A stretch of DNA of 64,000 bases. It comes from Escherichia coli. Its GTDB lineage: Bacteria > Pseudomonadota > Gammaproteobacteria > Enterobacterales > Enterobacteriaceae. Below the pieces are notes generated by a model. That model saw only the letters and a list, made by a program, of their open reading frames with translations, was not told where the DNA came from and made no database searches. Positions 21,490-34,613 of the stretch are shown here, in pieces. The stretch lies in assembly GCF_051903065.1 (NCBI RefSeq), contig NZ_CP178438.1; one strand, 5' to 3'. Numbering within the stretch: the first letter of the stretch is position 1; every line of letters starts with the position of its first letter. The translations under genes and the position numbers were made by a program.

Positions 21490-22137
21490 GTGATTCAGAC
21501 CCTTTTTGATTTTCCCGTTTACTTCAAATTTTTCATCGGGTTATTTGCGCTGGTCAACCCGGTAGGGATTATTCCCGTCTTTATCAGCATGACCAGTTAT
21601 CAGACAGCGGCAGCGCGAAACAAAACTAACCTTACAGCCAACCTGTCTGTGGCCATTATCTTGTGGATCTCGCTTTTTCTCGGCGACACGATTCTACAAC
21701 TTTTTGGTATATCAATTGATTCGTTCCGTATCGCCGGGGGTATCCTGGTGGTGACAATAGCGATGTCGATGATCAGCGGCAAGCTTGGCGAGGATAAACA
21801 GAACAAGCAAGAAAAATCAGAAACCGCGGTACGTGAAAGCATTGGTGTGGTGCCACTGGCGTTGCCGTTGATGGCGGGGCCAGGGGCGATCAGTTCTACC
21901 ATCGTCTGGGGTACGCGTTATCACAGCATTAGCTATCTGTTTGGTTTCTTTGTGGCTATTGCATTGTTCGCTTTATGTTGCTGGGGATTGTTCCGCATGG
22001 CACCGTGGCTGGTACGGGTTTTACGCCAGACCGGCATCAACGTGATTACGCGTATTATGGGGCTATTGCTGATGGCATTGGGGATTGAATTTATCGTTAC
22101 TGGTATTAAGGGGATTTTCCCCGGCCTGCTTAATTAA
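21490..22137 (+). CDS. ychE: MarC-family inner membrane protein YchE
   Basis: 215-aa hydrophobic ORF with GTG start, recognised as YchE. Confidence 0.85.
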   Translation: MIQTLFDFPVYFKFFIGLFALVNPVGIIPVFISMTSYQTAAARNKTNLTANLSVAIILWISLFLGDTILQLFGISIDSFRIAGGILVVTIAMSMISGKLGEDKQNKQEKSETAVRESIGVVPLALPLMAGPGAISSTIVWGTRYHSISYLFGFFVAIALFALCCWGLFRMAPWLVRVLRQTGINVITRIMGLLLMALGIEFIVTGIKGIFPGLLN

Positions 22138-22874
22138 TTCCTTTCAAATGAAACGGAGCTGCCATGCTCCGTTTACTTCGTCATTATTTTTACTTTGTTC
22201 CCGCGCAGTTATCAAAAGCAAAAGGAATAGGTAAAAATATTCTTCTCAAATTACAGTTAGTTATAAGGATTTCCTTAACTGCTTCTCCTCACCATCATGT
22301 TATTTTCGCCACATCATAATCCTGGGCTTGCTGAAGAATAATTGAAATGATATTAGTAATTCCACTGCCTTTGGTAGAGGAAAGTGCTAAATAATAATCA
22401 ATTGTTAAATTATTGTGCATTTCACTGCTGGAACTGTAATCAGAAAAGATAGACATGCTTAACCAATCTCTATTTGATTGAATTTAAAGATGTTTGTTAA
22501 GACATGGAAGCAAGCTATAGATTCTGATACGGTCAATAAAAGAGAATTGCTTAACAATTTTGCAAAATGTATTGGCGAGTAAGAAGCGCATTTGGTACTT
22601 TCCGGGCAACCGCCAGGCGATTCTTTATTGGTAATGAGAATAATTAACAATTAAAGAGCGTCGCGAAAGAATAATGTGTCTCGACAGGGGAGACACAGTA
22701 CGAATCGACATAAGGTGATCGTCTGAATCACCAGAATAAATAAAGTCGGTGATAGCAATCCGTAACGATAAAGTAACCTGACAGCAGAAAGTCTCCGAGC
22801 CTGTGCAGGGTCCCATTCCGGGATTACACATGCTGGTTAATACCAGTAATTATAATGAGGGAGTCCAAAAAACA

Positions 22875-24506
22875 ATGACCAACATCACCAAGAGAAGTTT
22901 AGTAGCAGCTGGCGTTCTGGCTGCGCTAATGGCAGGGAATGTAGCGCTGGCAGCTGATGTACCCGCAGGCGTCACACTGGCGGAAAAACAAACGCTGGTA
23001 CGTAACAATGGTTCAGAAGTTCAGTCATTAGATCCGCACAAAATTGAAGGTGTTCCGGAGTCTAATATCAGCCGAGACCTGTTTGAAGGCTTACTGGTCA
23101 GCGATCTTGACGGCCATCCGGCACCTGGCGTCGCTGAATCCTGGGATAATAAAGACGCGAAAGTCTGGACCTTCCATTTGCGTAAAGATGCGAAATGGTC
23201 TGATGGCACGCCAGTCACAGCACAAGACTTTGTGTATAGCTGGCAACGTTCTGTTGATCCGAACACCGCTTCTCCGTATGCCAGTTATCTGCAATATGGG
23301 CATATCGCCGGTATTGATGAAATTCTTGAAGGGAAAAAACCGATTACCGATCTCGGCGTGAAAGCTATTGATGATCACACATTAGAAGTCACCTTAAGTG
23401 AACCCGTTCCGTACTTCTATAAATTACTTGTTCACCCATCAACTTCACCGGTGCCAAAAGCCGCTATCGAGAAATTCGGCGAAAAATGGACCCAGCCTGG
23501 TAATATCGTCACCAACGGTGCCTATACCTTAAAAGATTGGGTCGTAAACGAACGAATCGTTCTTGAACGCAGCCCGACCTACTGGAACAACGCGAAAACC
23601 GTTATTAACCAGGTAACCTATTTGCCTATTGCTTCTGAAGTTACCGATGTCAACCGCTACCGTAGTGGTGAAATCGACATGACGTATAACAACATGCCGA
23701 TCGAATTGTTCCAGAAGCTGAAAAAAGAGATCCCGGACGAAGTTCACGTTGATCCATACCTGTGCACTTACTATTACGAAATTAACAACCAGAAACCGCC
23801 ATTCAACGATGTGCGTGTGCGTACCGCACTGAAACTAGGTATGGACCGCGATATCATTGTTAATAAAGTGAAAGCGCAGGGCGACATGCCCGCCTATGGT
23901 TACACTCCACCGTATACTGATGGCGCAAAATTGACTCAGCCAGAATGGTTTGGCTGGAGCCAGGAAAAACGTAACGAAGAAGCGAAAAAACTGCTGGCTG
24001 AAGCGGGTTATACCGCAGACAAACCGTTGACCATCAACCTGCTGTATAACACCTCCGATCTGCATAAAAAGCTGGCGATTGCTGCCTCTTCATTGTGGAA
24101 GAAAAACATTGGTGTAAACGTCAAACTGGTTAACCAGGAGTGGAAAACGTTCCTCGACACCCGTCACCAGGGTACTTTTGATGTGGCCCGTGCAGGCTGG
24201 TGTGCTGACTACAACGAACCAACTTCCTTCCTGAACACCATGCTTTCGAACAGCTCGATGAATACCGCGCATTATAAGAGCCCGGCCTTTGACAGCATTA
24301 TGGCGGAAACGCTGAAAGTGACTGACGAGGCGCAGCGCACAGCTCTGTACACTAAAGCAGAACAACAGCTGGATAAGGATTCGGCCATTGTTCCTGTTTA
24401 TTACTACGTGAATGCGCGTCTGGTGAAACCGTGGGTTGGTGGCTATACCGGCAAAGATCCGCTGGATAATACCTACACCCGAAATATGTACATTGTGAAG
24501 CACTAA
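22875..24506 (+). CDS. oppA: Oligopeptide ABC transporter periplasmic binding protein
   Basis: 543 aa from the ATG at 22875 (MTNITKRSLVAAGVLAALMAGNVALA signal peptide); track ORF extends 24 codons upstream; long AT-rich leader upstream. Confidence 0.94.
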   Translation: MTNITKRSLVAAGVLAALMAGNVALAADVPAGVTLAEKQTLVRNNGSEVQSLDPHKIEGVPESNISRDLFEGLLVSDLDGHPAPGVAESWDNKDAKVWTFHLRKDAKWSDGTPVTAQDFVYSWQRSVDPNTASPYASYLQYGHIAGIDEILEGKKPITDLGVKAIDDHTLEVTLSEPVPYFYKLLVHPSTSPVPKAAIEKFGEKWTQPGNIVTNGAYTLKDWVVNERIVLERSPTYWNNAKTVINQVTYLPIASEVTDVNRYRSGEIDMTYNNMPIELFQKLKKEIPDEVHVDPYLCTYYYEINNQKPPFNDVRVRTALKLGMDRDIIVNKVKAQGDMPAYGYTPPYTDGAKLTQPEWFGWSQEKRNEEAKKLLAEAGYTADKPLTINLLYNTSDLHKKLAIAASSLWKKNIGVNVKLVNQEWKTFLDTRHQGTFDVARAGWCADYNEPTSFLNTMLSNSSMNTAHYKSPAFDSIMAETLKVTDEAQRTALYTKAEQQLDKDSAIVPVYYYVNARLVKPWVGGYTGKDPLDNTYTRNMYIVKH

Positions 24507-24518
24507 TGGCAATACGTG

Positions 24519-24537
24519 GGGCAGGAGTGTCCTGCTC
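24519..24537 (+). other. oppA-oppB intercistronic stem-loop
   Basis: gcagga-gtg-tcctgc hairpin 15 bp after the oppA stop; candidate partial terminator or mRNA stabiliser between the binding-protein gene and the permease genes. Confidence 0.35.
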
Positions 24538-24591
24538 CACGGTGTCTGATTTTTATCGCATTACAGAAGGCACAGGCCAGAAGGTAGGGCA

Positions 24592-25512
24592 ATGTTAAAA
24601 TTTATTCTACGTCGCTGTCTGGAAGCGATTCCGACGCTATTTATTCTTATTACTATTTCGTTCTTTATGATGCGCCTCGCGCCGGGAAGCCCTTTTACCG
24701 GCGAACGTACTTTACCGCCGGAAGTAATGGCCAATATCGAAGCGAAATATCATCTTAATGATCCGATCATGACACAGTATTTCAGCTACCTGAAACAACT
24801 GGCGCATGGCGATTTCGGTCCATCGTTTAAATATAAAGATTATTCGGTCAATGACCTGGTTGCATCCAGTTTTCCCGTTTCTGCCAAACTGGGAGCCGCA
24901 GCATTTTTCCTTGCGGTAATACTGGGTGTTAGTGCTGGCGTTATTGCCGCATTAAAACAAAACACCAAATGGGACTATACCGTGATGGGGCTGGCAATGA
25001 CCGGGGTTGTTATCCCCAGTTTTGTGGTTGCGCCATTATTAGTCATGATATTTGCGATCATTTTGCATTGGCTGCCGGGCGGTGGCTGGAATGGTGGGGC
25101 GCTTAAATTCATGATATTGCCGATGGTGGCGTTGTCACTCGCCTATATCGCCAGTATTGCGCGTATTACCCGTGGCTCTATGATTGAAGTATTACACTCC
25201 AACTTTATTCGTACTGCCCGGGCGAAAGGGTTACCTATGCGGCGGATCATTTTACGCCACGCATTAAAACCTGCTCTGTTACCCGTGCTCTCTTATATGG
25301 GCCCCGCATTTGTCGGCATTATTACCGGTTCTATGGTTATCGAAACCATTTATGGTTTGCCGGGGATTGGACAACTGTTCGTTAATGGCGCATTGAACCG
25401 TGACTATTCCTTAGTGTTAAGCCTGACCATCCTGGTTGGTGCTTTAACCATTTTGTTTAATGCCATTGTCGATGTGCTATATGCGGTTATCGACCCGAAA
25501 ATCCGTTACTGA
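24592..25512 (+). CDS. oppB: Oligopeptide ABC transporter permease
   Basis: 306-aa membrane ORF recognised as OppB. Confidence 0.93.
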   Translation: MLKFILRRCLEAIPTLFILITISFFMMRLAPGSPFTGERTLPPEVMANIEAKYHLNDPIMTQYFSYLKQLAHGDFGPSFKYKDYSVNDLVASSFPVSAKLGAAAFFLAVILGVSAGVIAALKQNTKWDYTVMGLAMTGVVIPSFVVAPLLVMIFAIILHWLPGGGWNGGALKFMILPMVALSLAYIASIARITRGSMIEVLHSNFIRTARAKGLPMRRIILRHALKPALLPVLSYMGPAFVGIITGSMVIETIYGLPGIGQLFVNGALNRDYSLVLSLTILVGALTILFNAIVDVLYAVIDPKIRY

Positions 25513-25526
25513 TACTGGAGCTCGCG

Positions 25527-26435
25527 ATGATGTTAAGTAAGAAAAACAGCGAGACGCTGGAAAATTTCAGTGAAAAGCTGGAGGTCGAAGGGCGCAGCTT
25601 GTGGCAGGACGCACGTCGACGTTTTATGCATAACCGTGCGGCGGTTGCCAGTCTGATAGTGCTGGTGCTGATCGCGTTATTTGTAATCCTGGCACCGATG
25701 CTTTCGCAGTTTGCCTATGACGATACTGACTGGGCGATGATGTCCAGCGCACCGGATATGGAGTCAGGTCACTACTTTGGTACTGACTCATCCGGTCGCG
25801 ACCTGCTTGTGCGCGTTGCGATTGGTGGGCGTATCTCACTCATGGTCGGTGTTGCTGCGGCACTGGTGGCAGTGGTCGTGGGGACACTTTATGGTTCGCT
25901 TTCCGGTTATCTGGGCGGTAAGATGGATTCGGTAATGATGCGTCTGCTGGAAATCCTCAACTCCTTCCCATTCATGTTCTTCGTCATTTTGCTGGTGACC
26001 TTTTTCGGCCAAAACATCCTGCTGATTTTCGTGGCGATAGGCATGGTTTCCTGGCTGGATATGGCTCGTATTGTGCGTGGGCAAACCCTGAGTCTGAAGC
26101 GCAAAGAGTTTATTGAGGCGGCACAAGTTGGCGGTGTATCGACGCCGGGCATTGTTATTCGCCACATTGTGCCGAACGTACTCGGTGTGGTGGTGGTCTA
26201 CGCATCGCTACTGGTGCCCAGCATGATCCTCTTTGAATCTTTCCTTAGCTTCCTGGGGTTGGGTACGCAAGAGCCGTTAAGCAGCTGGGGGGCATTGCTG
26301 AGTGATGGCGCGAACTCGATGGAAGTCTCTCCATGGTTACTGTTGTTCCCAGCGGGATTCCTCGTGGTGACGCTGTTTTGTTTCAACTTTATCGGCGATG
26401 GCTTGCGTGATGCCCTCGACCCGAAAGATCGTTAA
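25527..26435 (+). CDS. oppC: Oligopeptide ABC transporter permease
   Basis: 302-aa membrane ORF recognised as OppC. Confidence 0.93.
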   Translation: MMLSKKNSETLENFSEKLEVEGRSLWQDARRRFMHNRAAVASLIVLVLIALFVILAPMLSQFAYDDTDWAMMSSAPDMESGHYFGTDSSGRDLLVRVAIGGRISLMVGVAAALVAVVVGTLYGSLSGYLGGKMDSVMMRLLEILNSFPFMFFVILLVTFFGQNILLIFVAIGMVSWLDMARIVRGQTLSLKRKEFIEAAQVGGVSTPGIVIRHIVPNVLGVVVVYASLLVPSMILFESFLSFLGLGTQEPLSSWGALLSDGANSMEVSPWLLLFPAGFLVVTLFCFNFIGDGLRDALDPKDR

Positions 26436-26446
26436 GGAGTGCAGCC

Positions 26447-27460
26447 ATGAGCGTAATTGAAACTGCAACTGTGCCGCTCGCACAACAACAGGCTGACGCA
26501 CTGCTGAACGTGAAAGATTTGCGTGTCACCTTTAGTACCCCGGACGGCGACGTCACGGCGGTCAATGATTTAAATTTTTCCCTACGTGCCGGAGAAACGC
26601 TGGGCATTGTAGGTGAGTCTGGTTCGGGTAAATCGCAAACTGCATTTGCGTTGATGGGCCTGTTGGCTGCCAACGGACGCATTGGCGGATCGGCAACCTT
26701 CAATGGGCGTGAAATCCTCAATTTGCCAGAGCGTGAACTCAATAAACTGCGCGCTGAACAAATCTCAATGATTTTTCAGGACCCAATGACTTCGTTGAAT
26801 CCCTATATGCGCGTCGGTGAGCAGTTGATGGAAGTGCTGATGCTGCATAAGAACATGAGCAAAGCTGAGGCGTTTGAAGAGTCGGTGCGGATGCTCGATG
26901 CGGTAAAAATGCCGGAAGCGCGTAAACGCATGAAAATGTACCCGCACGAATTTTCTGGCGGCATGCGTCAGCGAGTCATGATTGCGATGGCATTGCTATG
27001 TCGGCCTAAGCTGCTGATTGCGGATGAACCCACTACTGCGCTGGACGTCACCGTACAGGCGCAGATCATGACGCTATTAAATGAACTGAAGCGGGAATTT
27101 AATACCGCCATCATTATGATCACCCACGATCTTGGCGTGGTGGCGGGGATCTGCGACAAAGTGCTGGTAATGTACGCCGGGCGCACGATGGAATATGGCA
27201 ACGCGCGCGATGTCTTTTATCAACCTGTTCATCCTTATTCTATCGGTTTGCTCAACGCGGTGCCTCGTCTCGATGCGGAAGGTGAAACAATGTTGACTAT
27301 TCCGGGTAATCCGCCAAACCTGCTGCGATTACCGAAAGGTTGCCCGTTCCAGCCACGTTGTCCGCATGCGATGGAAATTTGTAGTAGCGCACCGCCGCTG
27401 GAAGAGTTTACGCCTGGCCGTCTGCGTGCTTGCTTTAAACCGGTGGAGGAACTGTTATGA
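26447..27460 (+). CDS. oppD: Oligopeptide ABC transporter ATPase
   Basis: 337-aa ORF with Walker A (GESGSGKS) and ABC signature; recognised as OppD. Confidence 0.93.
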   Translation: MSVIETATVPLAQQQADALLNVKDLRVTFSTPDGDVTAVNDLNFSLRAGETLGIVGESGSGKSQTAFALMGLLAANGRIGGSATFNGREILNLPERELNKLRAEQISMIFQDPMTSLNPYMRVGEQLMEVLMLHKNMSKAEAFEESVRMLDAVKMPEARKRMKMYPHEFSGGMRQRVMIAMALLCRPKLLIADEPTTALDVTVQAQIMTLLNELKREFNTAIIMITHDLGVVAGICDKVLVMYAGRTMEYGNARDVFYQPVHPYSIGLLNAVPRLDAEGETMLTIPGNPPNLLRLPKGCPFQPRCPHAMEICSSAPPLEEFTPGRLRACFKPVEELL

Positions 27461-28461
27461 ATGCTGTAACCGAAGGAAGAAAAGTCCTCCTCGAAATCGC
27501 CGATCTGAAAGTGCACTTTGAAATCAAAGATGGCAAACAGTGGTTCTGGCAACCACCGAAAACTCTCAAAGCCGTAGATGGTGTAACTCTTCGCCTGTAT
27601 GAAGGGGAAACATTAGGTGTGGTAGGGGAATCGGGATGCGGTAAGTCCACCTTTGCTCGCGCCATCATCGGTTTGGTCAAGGCGACCGACGGTCATGTTG
27701 CCTGGTTAGGTAAAGAGTTGCTGGGCATGAAGCCCGATGAATGGCGTGCCGTTCGCAGTGATATTCAGATGATTTTCCAGGATCCGTTGGCATCGCTAAA
27801 CCCGCGTATGACCATCGGCGAGATCATCGCTGAACCACTGCGTACTTATCATCCGAAAATGTCACGCCAGGAAGTTCGCGAGCGCGTGAAGGCGATGATG
27901 CTGAAAGTCGGGTTATTGCCTAACCTGATTAACCGCTATCCGCATGAGTTCTCTGGTGGGCAGTGCCAGCGTATCGGGATTGCGCGTGCTCTTATTCTTG
28001 AACCGAAGCTGATTATCTGTGATGAGCCGGTATCGGCGCTGGACGTGTCAATTCAGGCACAGGTGGTCAACCTGCTCCAGCAGTTACAACGTGAGATGGG
28101 ATTGTCATTAATTTTTATCGCTCACGACCTGGCCGTGGTAAAACACATTTCCGATCGTGTGTTGGTGATGTATCTCGGCCATGCGGTAGAACTGGGGACC
28201 TATGATGAGGTCTACCACAATCCACTACATCCTTACACCAGGGCATTGATGTCGGCAGTCCCCATACCTGATCCGGATCTGGAGAAGAACAAAACCATCC
28301 AGTTACTGGAAGGGGAATTACCGTCGCCGATCAACCCGCCTTCCGGTTGTGTTTTTCGTACCCGTTGCCCGATTGCCGGTCCGGAGTGTGCCAAAACACG
28401 TCCTGTGCTGGAGGGGAGTTTCAGACACGCCGTTTCTTGCCTGAAAGTCGATCCGCTTTAA
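27457..28461 (+). CDS. oppF: Oligopeptide ABC transporter ATPase
   Basis: 334-aa ORF with Walker A (GESGCGKS); ATGA overlap with oppD. Confidence 0.93.
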   Translation: MNAVTEGRKVLLEIADLKVHFEIKDGKQWFWQPPKTLKAVDGVTLRLYEGETLGVVGESGCGKSTFARAIIGLVKATDGHVAWLGKELLGMKPDEWRAVRSDIQMIFQDPLASLNPRMTIGEIIAEPLRTYHPKMSRQEVRERVKAMMLKVGLLPNLINRYPHEFSGGQCQRIGIARALILEPKLIICDEPVSALDVSIQAQVVNLLQQLQREMGLSLIFIAHDLAVVKHISDRVLVMYLGHAVELGTYDEVYHNPLHPYTRALMSAVPIPDPDLEKNKTIQLLEGELPSPINPPSGCVFRTRCPIAGPECAKTRPVLEGSFRHAVSCLKVDPL

Positions 28462-28513
28462 ACACAAAAAGGGCTGACAGTTGTCAGCCCTTTTTCACGC
28501 CGAAAGTGATTAT

Positions 28514-30338
<1,825 letters not shown>

Positions 30339-30480
30339 AGATTAGAAATCCTTTTGAAAGCGCATTGTTATGAGTTTACGCATATGGATTCATCTGGCAA
30401 ATAAAAACGCGGGAAAAGCACTGGTCAGCGTCGGGGGCGGGGGTATAATGACCATTCTGTTATTGCATAGAGTAGTTAAC

Positions 30481-30654
30481 ATGAAGCGGAGTAGAACGGA
30501 AGTGGGGCGCTGGCGCATGCAGCGTCAGGCTAGCCGACGTAAATCGCGTTGGCTTGAGGGGCAATCGCGCCGAAATATGCGTATCCACAGCATCAGGAAG
30601 TGCATTCTAAACAAACAGCGTAACTCGTTATTGTTTGCGATCTACAATATCTAA
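30481..30654 (+). CDS. yciY: Small protein YciY
   Basis: 57-aa Arg/Lys-rich ORF from the ATG at 30481 (MKRSRTEVGRWRMQRQASRRKSRW...), matching my recollection of YciY. Confidence 0.55.
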   Translation: MKRSRTEVGRWRMQRQASRRKSRWLEGQSRRNMRIHSIRKCILNKQRNSLLFAIYNI

Positions 30655-30708
30655 ATGTACTGGGCACCATTGCGGTGCCCAATAAGTTTACTCTTCCGTC
30701 TTTAAACT

Positions 30709-31962
30709 CTATTTTTGCGCCGATTCTTTACTGTCAGCTTTCGTTTCTTGTTCATCGTTATCGCTGAAAATGCCATGACCGGAGTTCAACAACATTGAAA
30801 CGAGCATATCATTATTAATCTCTTCACCATTTAAAACTCGCGCCAGAATTTCGCTGCCAAACAGTTGCGGTGAGAGAATGATATCCGGATGTACCATCTT
30901 AATCTTATTCAGGTTTTTGCTATCACTGACGGCGAGAACTGTTTTGACATCACTGCTCATATCTTTTGCCGAGAGTACAACAAACGCGTTATCTGCATCG
31001 TTATCACTCAGCGCCAGAATGGCCCGGCAACGATCGATTCCCGCTTTCTTTAATACAGAACTGTCATTACTGTCACCGGGGATAACATCAGCGTTATCGC
31101 CTAAGCGTTGCTCAAGTTGCTTGATATCATCTTCAGGCAAGTTGCTGATAACCGTTACGTTTTGTCCGCGTTGATTCAGTTGCAGGATCGTATTGATAGC
31201 GAGAATCGAATGTCCGCAAACAATAAAATGATCTTTACGATGCATTGTATGATTGTTTCCTTTTACAAGTTTGTTGAATCCCCCGCGGATAAGCGGACCA
31301 AAAATTGAGGTCATAGATGTGGCAAAAACGGTAATGCCGGAAATAATGACCGAAATAGTGAACAATCGTGCTGATTCAGAAACAGGGACAATATCTCCAT
31401 AGCCGACGGTTGACATGGTTTCTATCGAAAAATAGAACGCGGTCATCAAACTTTCTATTCGCGGATTAAAACCTTCGCTTAAATAAAGCGCACCGTAGGT
31501 TGAGTAAAACAGTAATGTCGTGAAACTAATAAATGCAAAAATTGTCCCGGCTGCGGCGCTACTGTGGGAGAAGTCTTTGCGCAGTATCAGCAAAAACACC
31601 AGCGTAAAAATGCAAAATCCAATACTAAATTTCAGCCAGGGATAAAAATGCAGGGTGTAAATTAGCGCTATCAACAACAAAATGATACTGATTGCCCATG
31701 CGAGCTTTGCCCGGAACAGTAAGCCAATGGAGTTCAGGACAAGAAAGACGCCGAGCATAAATAGTGGGGCGTTTGCCAGCAAGGAGAGATCCAACTCTGA
31801 AAATGCTTTGATATGGAAAATATCAAGCAAATTGACCGACATACCATAGATTGTTTTAAAAATAAGCAATCCATTTAAAAAGACGGCCAGCGCGAGAATG
31901 TCGTGCCGTAGGGTCACCCATAAATTTGTTGCTGTTTGTTTGAATGTAGCCCAGTGACTCAC
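30709..31962 (-). CDS. kch: Voltage-gated K+ channel Kch
   Basis: Selectivity filter TVGYGD present; 417 aa if started at the GTG at 31962 (MSHWATF...), track ORF starts 6 codons earlier at 31980. Confidence 0.9.
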   Translation of the reverse strand: MSHWATFKQTATNLWVTLRHDILALAVFLNGLLIFKTIYGMSVNLLDIFHIKAFSELDLSLLANAPLFMLGVFLVLNSIGLLFRAKLAWAISIILLLIALIYTLHFYPWLKFSIGFCIFTLVFLLILRKDFSHSSAAAGTIFAFISFTTLLFYSTYGALYLSEGFNPRIESLMTAFYFSIETMSTVGYGDIVPVSESARLFTISVIISGITVFATSMTSIFGPLIRGGFNKLVKGNNHTMHRKDHFIVCGHSILAINTILQLNQRGQNVTVISNLPEDDIKQLEQRLGDNADVIPGDSNDSSVLKKAGIDRCRAILALSDNDADNAFVVLSAKDMSSDVKTVLAVSDSKNLNKIKMVHPDIILSPQLFGSEILARVLNGEEINNDMLVSMLLNSGHGIFSDNDEQETKADSKESAQK

Positions 31963-32262
31963 TGATACCTCTGTAACCACAATTTTGTTTAATTATCTTA
32001 GCGTGCACATTTTCTGAACATACATGCAGCGCGTGAATGTGTTAAACAATAGTAGATGACTTTATCCGCAGTAATCAAAGGTTTTGAGTGAGCAACTCTG
32101 CGTCAGGAAAGGGCATTTTTCCTGAATATGCTCACATCATATAAAGAAATACAGATAAAGTTATTATCTGCTTGTGGTGGTGAATGCACTGACCGACCTA
32201 TAAGGAAAGGCCAAACAAGAACACGGTTGCAAAAACCGTGCCCTTAAATATTGGCTCTCTAC

Positions 32263-32559
32263 TCAGAACACTTTCTTAAATGGTTTCACTGAAACGTGTT
32301 CATAGACTCCTGCCGCTACGTACGGGTCAGCATCGGCCCAGGCCTGAGCTGCTTCCAGCGATTCAAATTCAGCAATAACGGTTGAGCCAGTAAATCCCGC
32401 AGCCCCTGGATCGTTACTGTCTACCGCTGGCATTGGACCAGCTGTCAACAAACGACCTTCATCATGCAGTAACTGTAAACGTGCTAAATGTGCCGGACGA
32501 ACGGAAAGGCGTTTTTCGAGGCTATCAGCTTTGTCTTGAGCGTAAATAACATACAACAC
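32263..32559 (-). CDS. yciI: YciI-like protein (dimeric alpha/beta barrel family)
   Basis: 98 aa from GTG at 32559 preceded by AAGGAG 8 nt upstream ([22 protein letters not shown]...). Confidence 0.85.
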
Positions 32560-32711
32560 GGGCACAACTCCTTGTTCGGGAAAGTTGTAAAGTACGTTAT
32601 TTGAAAGGGCGAAGATCTGCAACGGAAAGATGATGTCTTTGTTAAGACCATGCATAAAGTAAGGTCAATTACGCCAAAAATGACATTTTCACTGATCCTG
32701 ATCGTCTTGCC

Positions 32712-32782
32712 TTATTGAATATGATTGCTATTTGCATTTAAAATCGAGACCTGGTTTTTCTACTGAAATGATTATGACTTCA
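32712..32782 (+). promoter_or_regulatory. tonB promoter region with Fur-box-like AT-rich dyads
   Basis: ttgaatatgattgctatttgcattt and tgaaatgattatgacttca resemble the GATAATGATAATCATTATC Fur consensus (about 11/19 each) immediately upstream of the tonB ATG. Confidence 0.4.
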
Positions 32783-33502
32783 ATGACCCTTGATTTACCT
32801 CGCCGCTTCCCCTGGCCGACGTTACTTTCGGTCTGCATTCATGGTGCTGTTGTGGCGGGTCTGCTCTATACCTCGGTACATCAGGTTATTGAACTACCTG
32901 CGCCTGCGCAGCCGATTTCTGTCACGATGGTTGCGCCTGCTGATCTCGAACCGCCACAAGCCGTTCAGCCGCCACCGGAGCCGGTGGTAGAGCCAGAACC
33001 GGAACCTGAGCCGATTCCTGAACCGCCAAAAGAAGCACCGGTGGTCATTGAAAAGCCGAAGCCGAAACCTAAGCCAAAACCGAAGCCGGTGAAAAAGGTA
33101 CAGGAGCAGCCAAAACGCGATGTCAAACCCGTAGAGTCGCGTCCGGCATCACCGTTTGAAAATACGGCACCGGCACGCCCGACATCAAGTACAGCAACGG
33201 CTGCAACCAGCAAGCCGGTTACCAGTGTGGCTTCAGGACCACGCGCATTAAGCCGTAATCAGCCGCAGTATCCGGCACGAGCACAGGCATTGCGCATTGA
33301 AGGGCAGGTTAAAGTTAAATTTGACGTCACGCCGGATGGTCGCGTGGATAACGTACAAATCCTCTCAGCCAAGCCTGCGAACATGTTTGAGCGTGAGGTG
33401 AAAAATGCGATGCGCAGATGGCGTTATGAGCCGGGTAAGCCAGGCAGTGGGATTGTGGTGAATATCCTGTTTAAAATTAACGGCACCACCGAAATTCAGT
33501 AA
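32783..33502 (+). CDS. tonB: Energy transducer TonB
   Basis: 239 aa from the ATG at 32783 ([11 protein letters not shown]...); (Glu-Pro)n and (Lys-Pro)n spacer repeats; track ORF extends 17 codons upstream. Confidence 0.95.
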   Translation: MTLDLPRRFPWPTLLSVCIHGAVVAGLLYTSVHQVIELPAPAQPISVTMVAPADLEPPQAVQPPPEPVVEPEPEPEPIPEPPKEAPVVIEKPKPKPKPKPKPVKKVQEQPKRDVKPVESRPASPFENTAPARPTSSTATAATSKPVTSVASGPRALSRNQPQYPARAQALRIEGQVKVKFDVTPDGRVDNVQILSAKPANMFEREVKNAMRRWRYEPGKPGSGIVVNILFKINGTTEIQ

Positions 33503-33508
33503 GCAGAA

Positions 33509-33540
33509 AGTCAAAAGCCTCCGACCGGAGGCTTTTGACT
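33509..33540. terminator. Bidirectional terminator between convergent tonB and yciA
   Basis: Near-perfect palindrome agtcaaaagcctccg-ac-cggaggcttttgact directly after the tonB stop and 2 bp from the yciA stop. Confidence 0.8.
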
Positions 33541-33541
33541 A

Positions 33542-33940
33542 TTACTCAACAGGTAAGGCGCGAGGTTTTCCTTCAGGATCAACCGCGACATACTTAAATA
33601 ATGCTTCTGTCGCTTTATAGCGTTGCCCGATTGGTTCAGACGCTACTTTTTTCACCCACACTTCAATATTAATGCTGACCGATGTCGTCCCTTTCTGGAC
33701 ACAGCGTGCATAGCAGCACACCACATCGCCGACCGCAACCGGCCGTAAGAAAGTCATTCCTTCAACCCGCACAGTCACTACGCGACCGTGGGCAATTTCT
33801 TTCGCCAGAATAGCGCCGCCAATATCCATTTGTGACATTAACCAACCACCAAAGATGTCACCATTGGCATTGGTATCGGCGGGCATGGCTAAAGTACGTA
33901 AAACAAGATCGCCCTGAGGGACGTTATGTGTTGTAGACAT
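33542..33940 (-). CDS. yciA: Acyl-CoA thioesterase YciA
   Basis: 132-aa hotdog-fold ORF recognised as YciA. Confidence 0.9.
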   Translation of the reverse strand: MSTTHNVPQGDLVLRTLAMPADTNANGDIFGGWLMSQMDIGGAILAKEIAHGRVVTVRVEGMTFLRPVAVGDVVCCYARCVQKGTTSVSINIEVWVKKVASEPIGQRYKATEALFKYVAVDPEGKPRALPVE

Positions 33941-34044
33941 GGTAAAACCGACTTAAAAGGAAAATCACAGGCGCGATGCTACTATGATTTTCTTGAGGAG
34001 AACAGAGGAGATACAGCGCCAGCCCCGAAGGACTGGCAGTCTGG

Positions 34045-34584
34045 TTAGGATTTATCTTCCTGCGGCATGTGGCGGTAGATATAGATACCGCTTAACAATG
34101 TGAAGATTAAGGTAAGGGCGGTCAGGCCAAAGACTTTAAAGTTGACCCAAATATTTTGCGGCAGCCAGAATGCGATGTAGATGTTTGCCAGACCGCAAAG
34201 GATAAAGAAAACAGCCCAGGCCAGATTCAGCTTCGACCATACCGGTTGCGGCAGCGTGAGTTCTTTACCCAGCATCCGCTGAATTAGCGGCTTTTTCATC
34301 ACCCATTGGCTGACTAACAGGGCTCCCGCAAACAGAGCATAAATGACTGTAACCTTCCATTTAATAAACTCATCATTGTGGAAGAACAGCGTCAAGCCAC
34401 CGAAGACGACCACCAGAACAAAAGTGATCAGGGCCATCTTCTCAACCTTACGAAAGCGAACCCAGCTATAGATAAGCACAATCGCCGTGGCGACGATCAG
34501 CGCCGCAGTAGCCGCATAGATATCATAAATCTTGTAAAACGCGAAAAAGACAACCAGCGGTAAAAAATCAAGAAACTGCTTCAT
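34045..34584 (-). CDS. yciB: Inner membrane protein YciB (intracellular septation protein family)
   Basis: 179-aa hydrophobic ORF recognised as YciB. Confidence 0.88.
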   Translation of the reverse strand: MKQFLDFLPLVVFFAFYKIYDIYAATAALIVATAIVLIYSWVRFRKVEKMALITFVLVVVFGGLTLFFHNDEFIKWKVTVIYALFAGALLVSQWVMKKPLIQRMLGKELTLPQPVWSKLNLAWAVFFILCGLANIYIAFWLPQNIWVNFKVFGLTALTLIFTLLSGIYIYRHMPQEDKS

Positions 34585-34613
34585 TTTACGATTCCGTAAT
34601 CAAATGCTTAAGG

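Noticed and set aside
32950-33110. Short tandem DNA repeats (ccgaagccgaaacctaagcc...) flagged as a possible repeat element
   Set aside because: They encode the (Glu-Pro)n / (Lys-Pro)n rigid spacer of TonB; coding repeats, not a mobile or CRISPR-like element.
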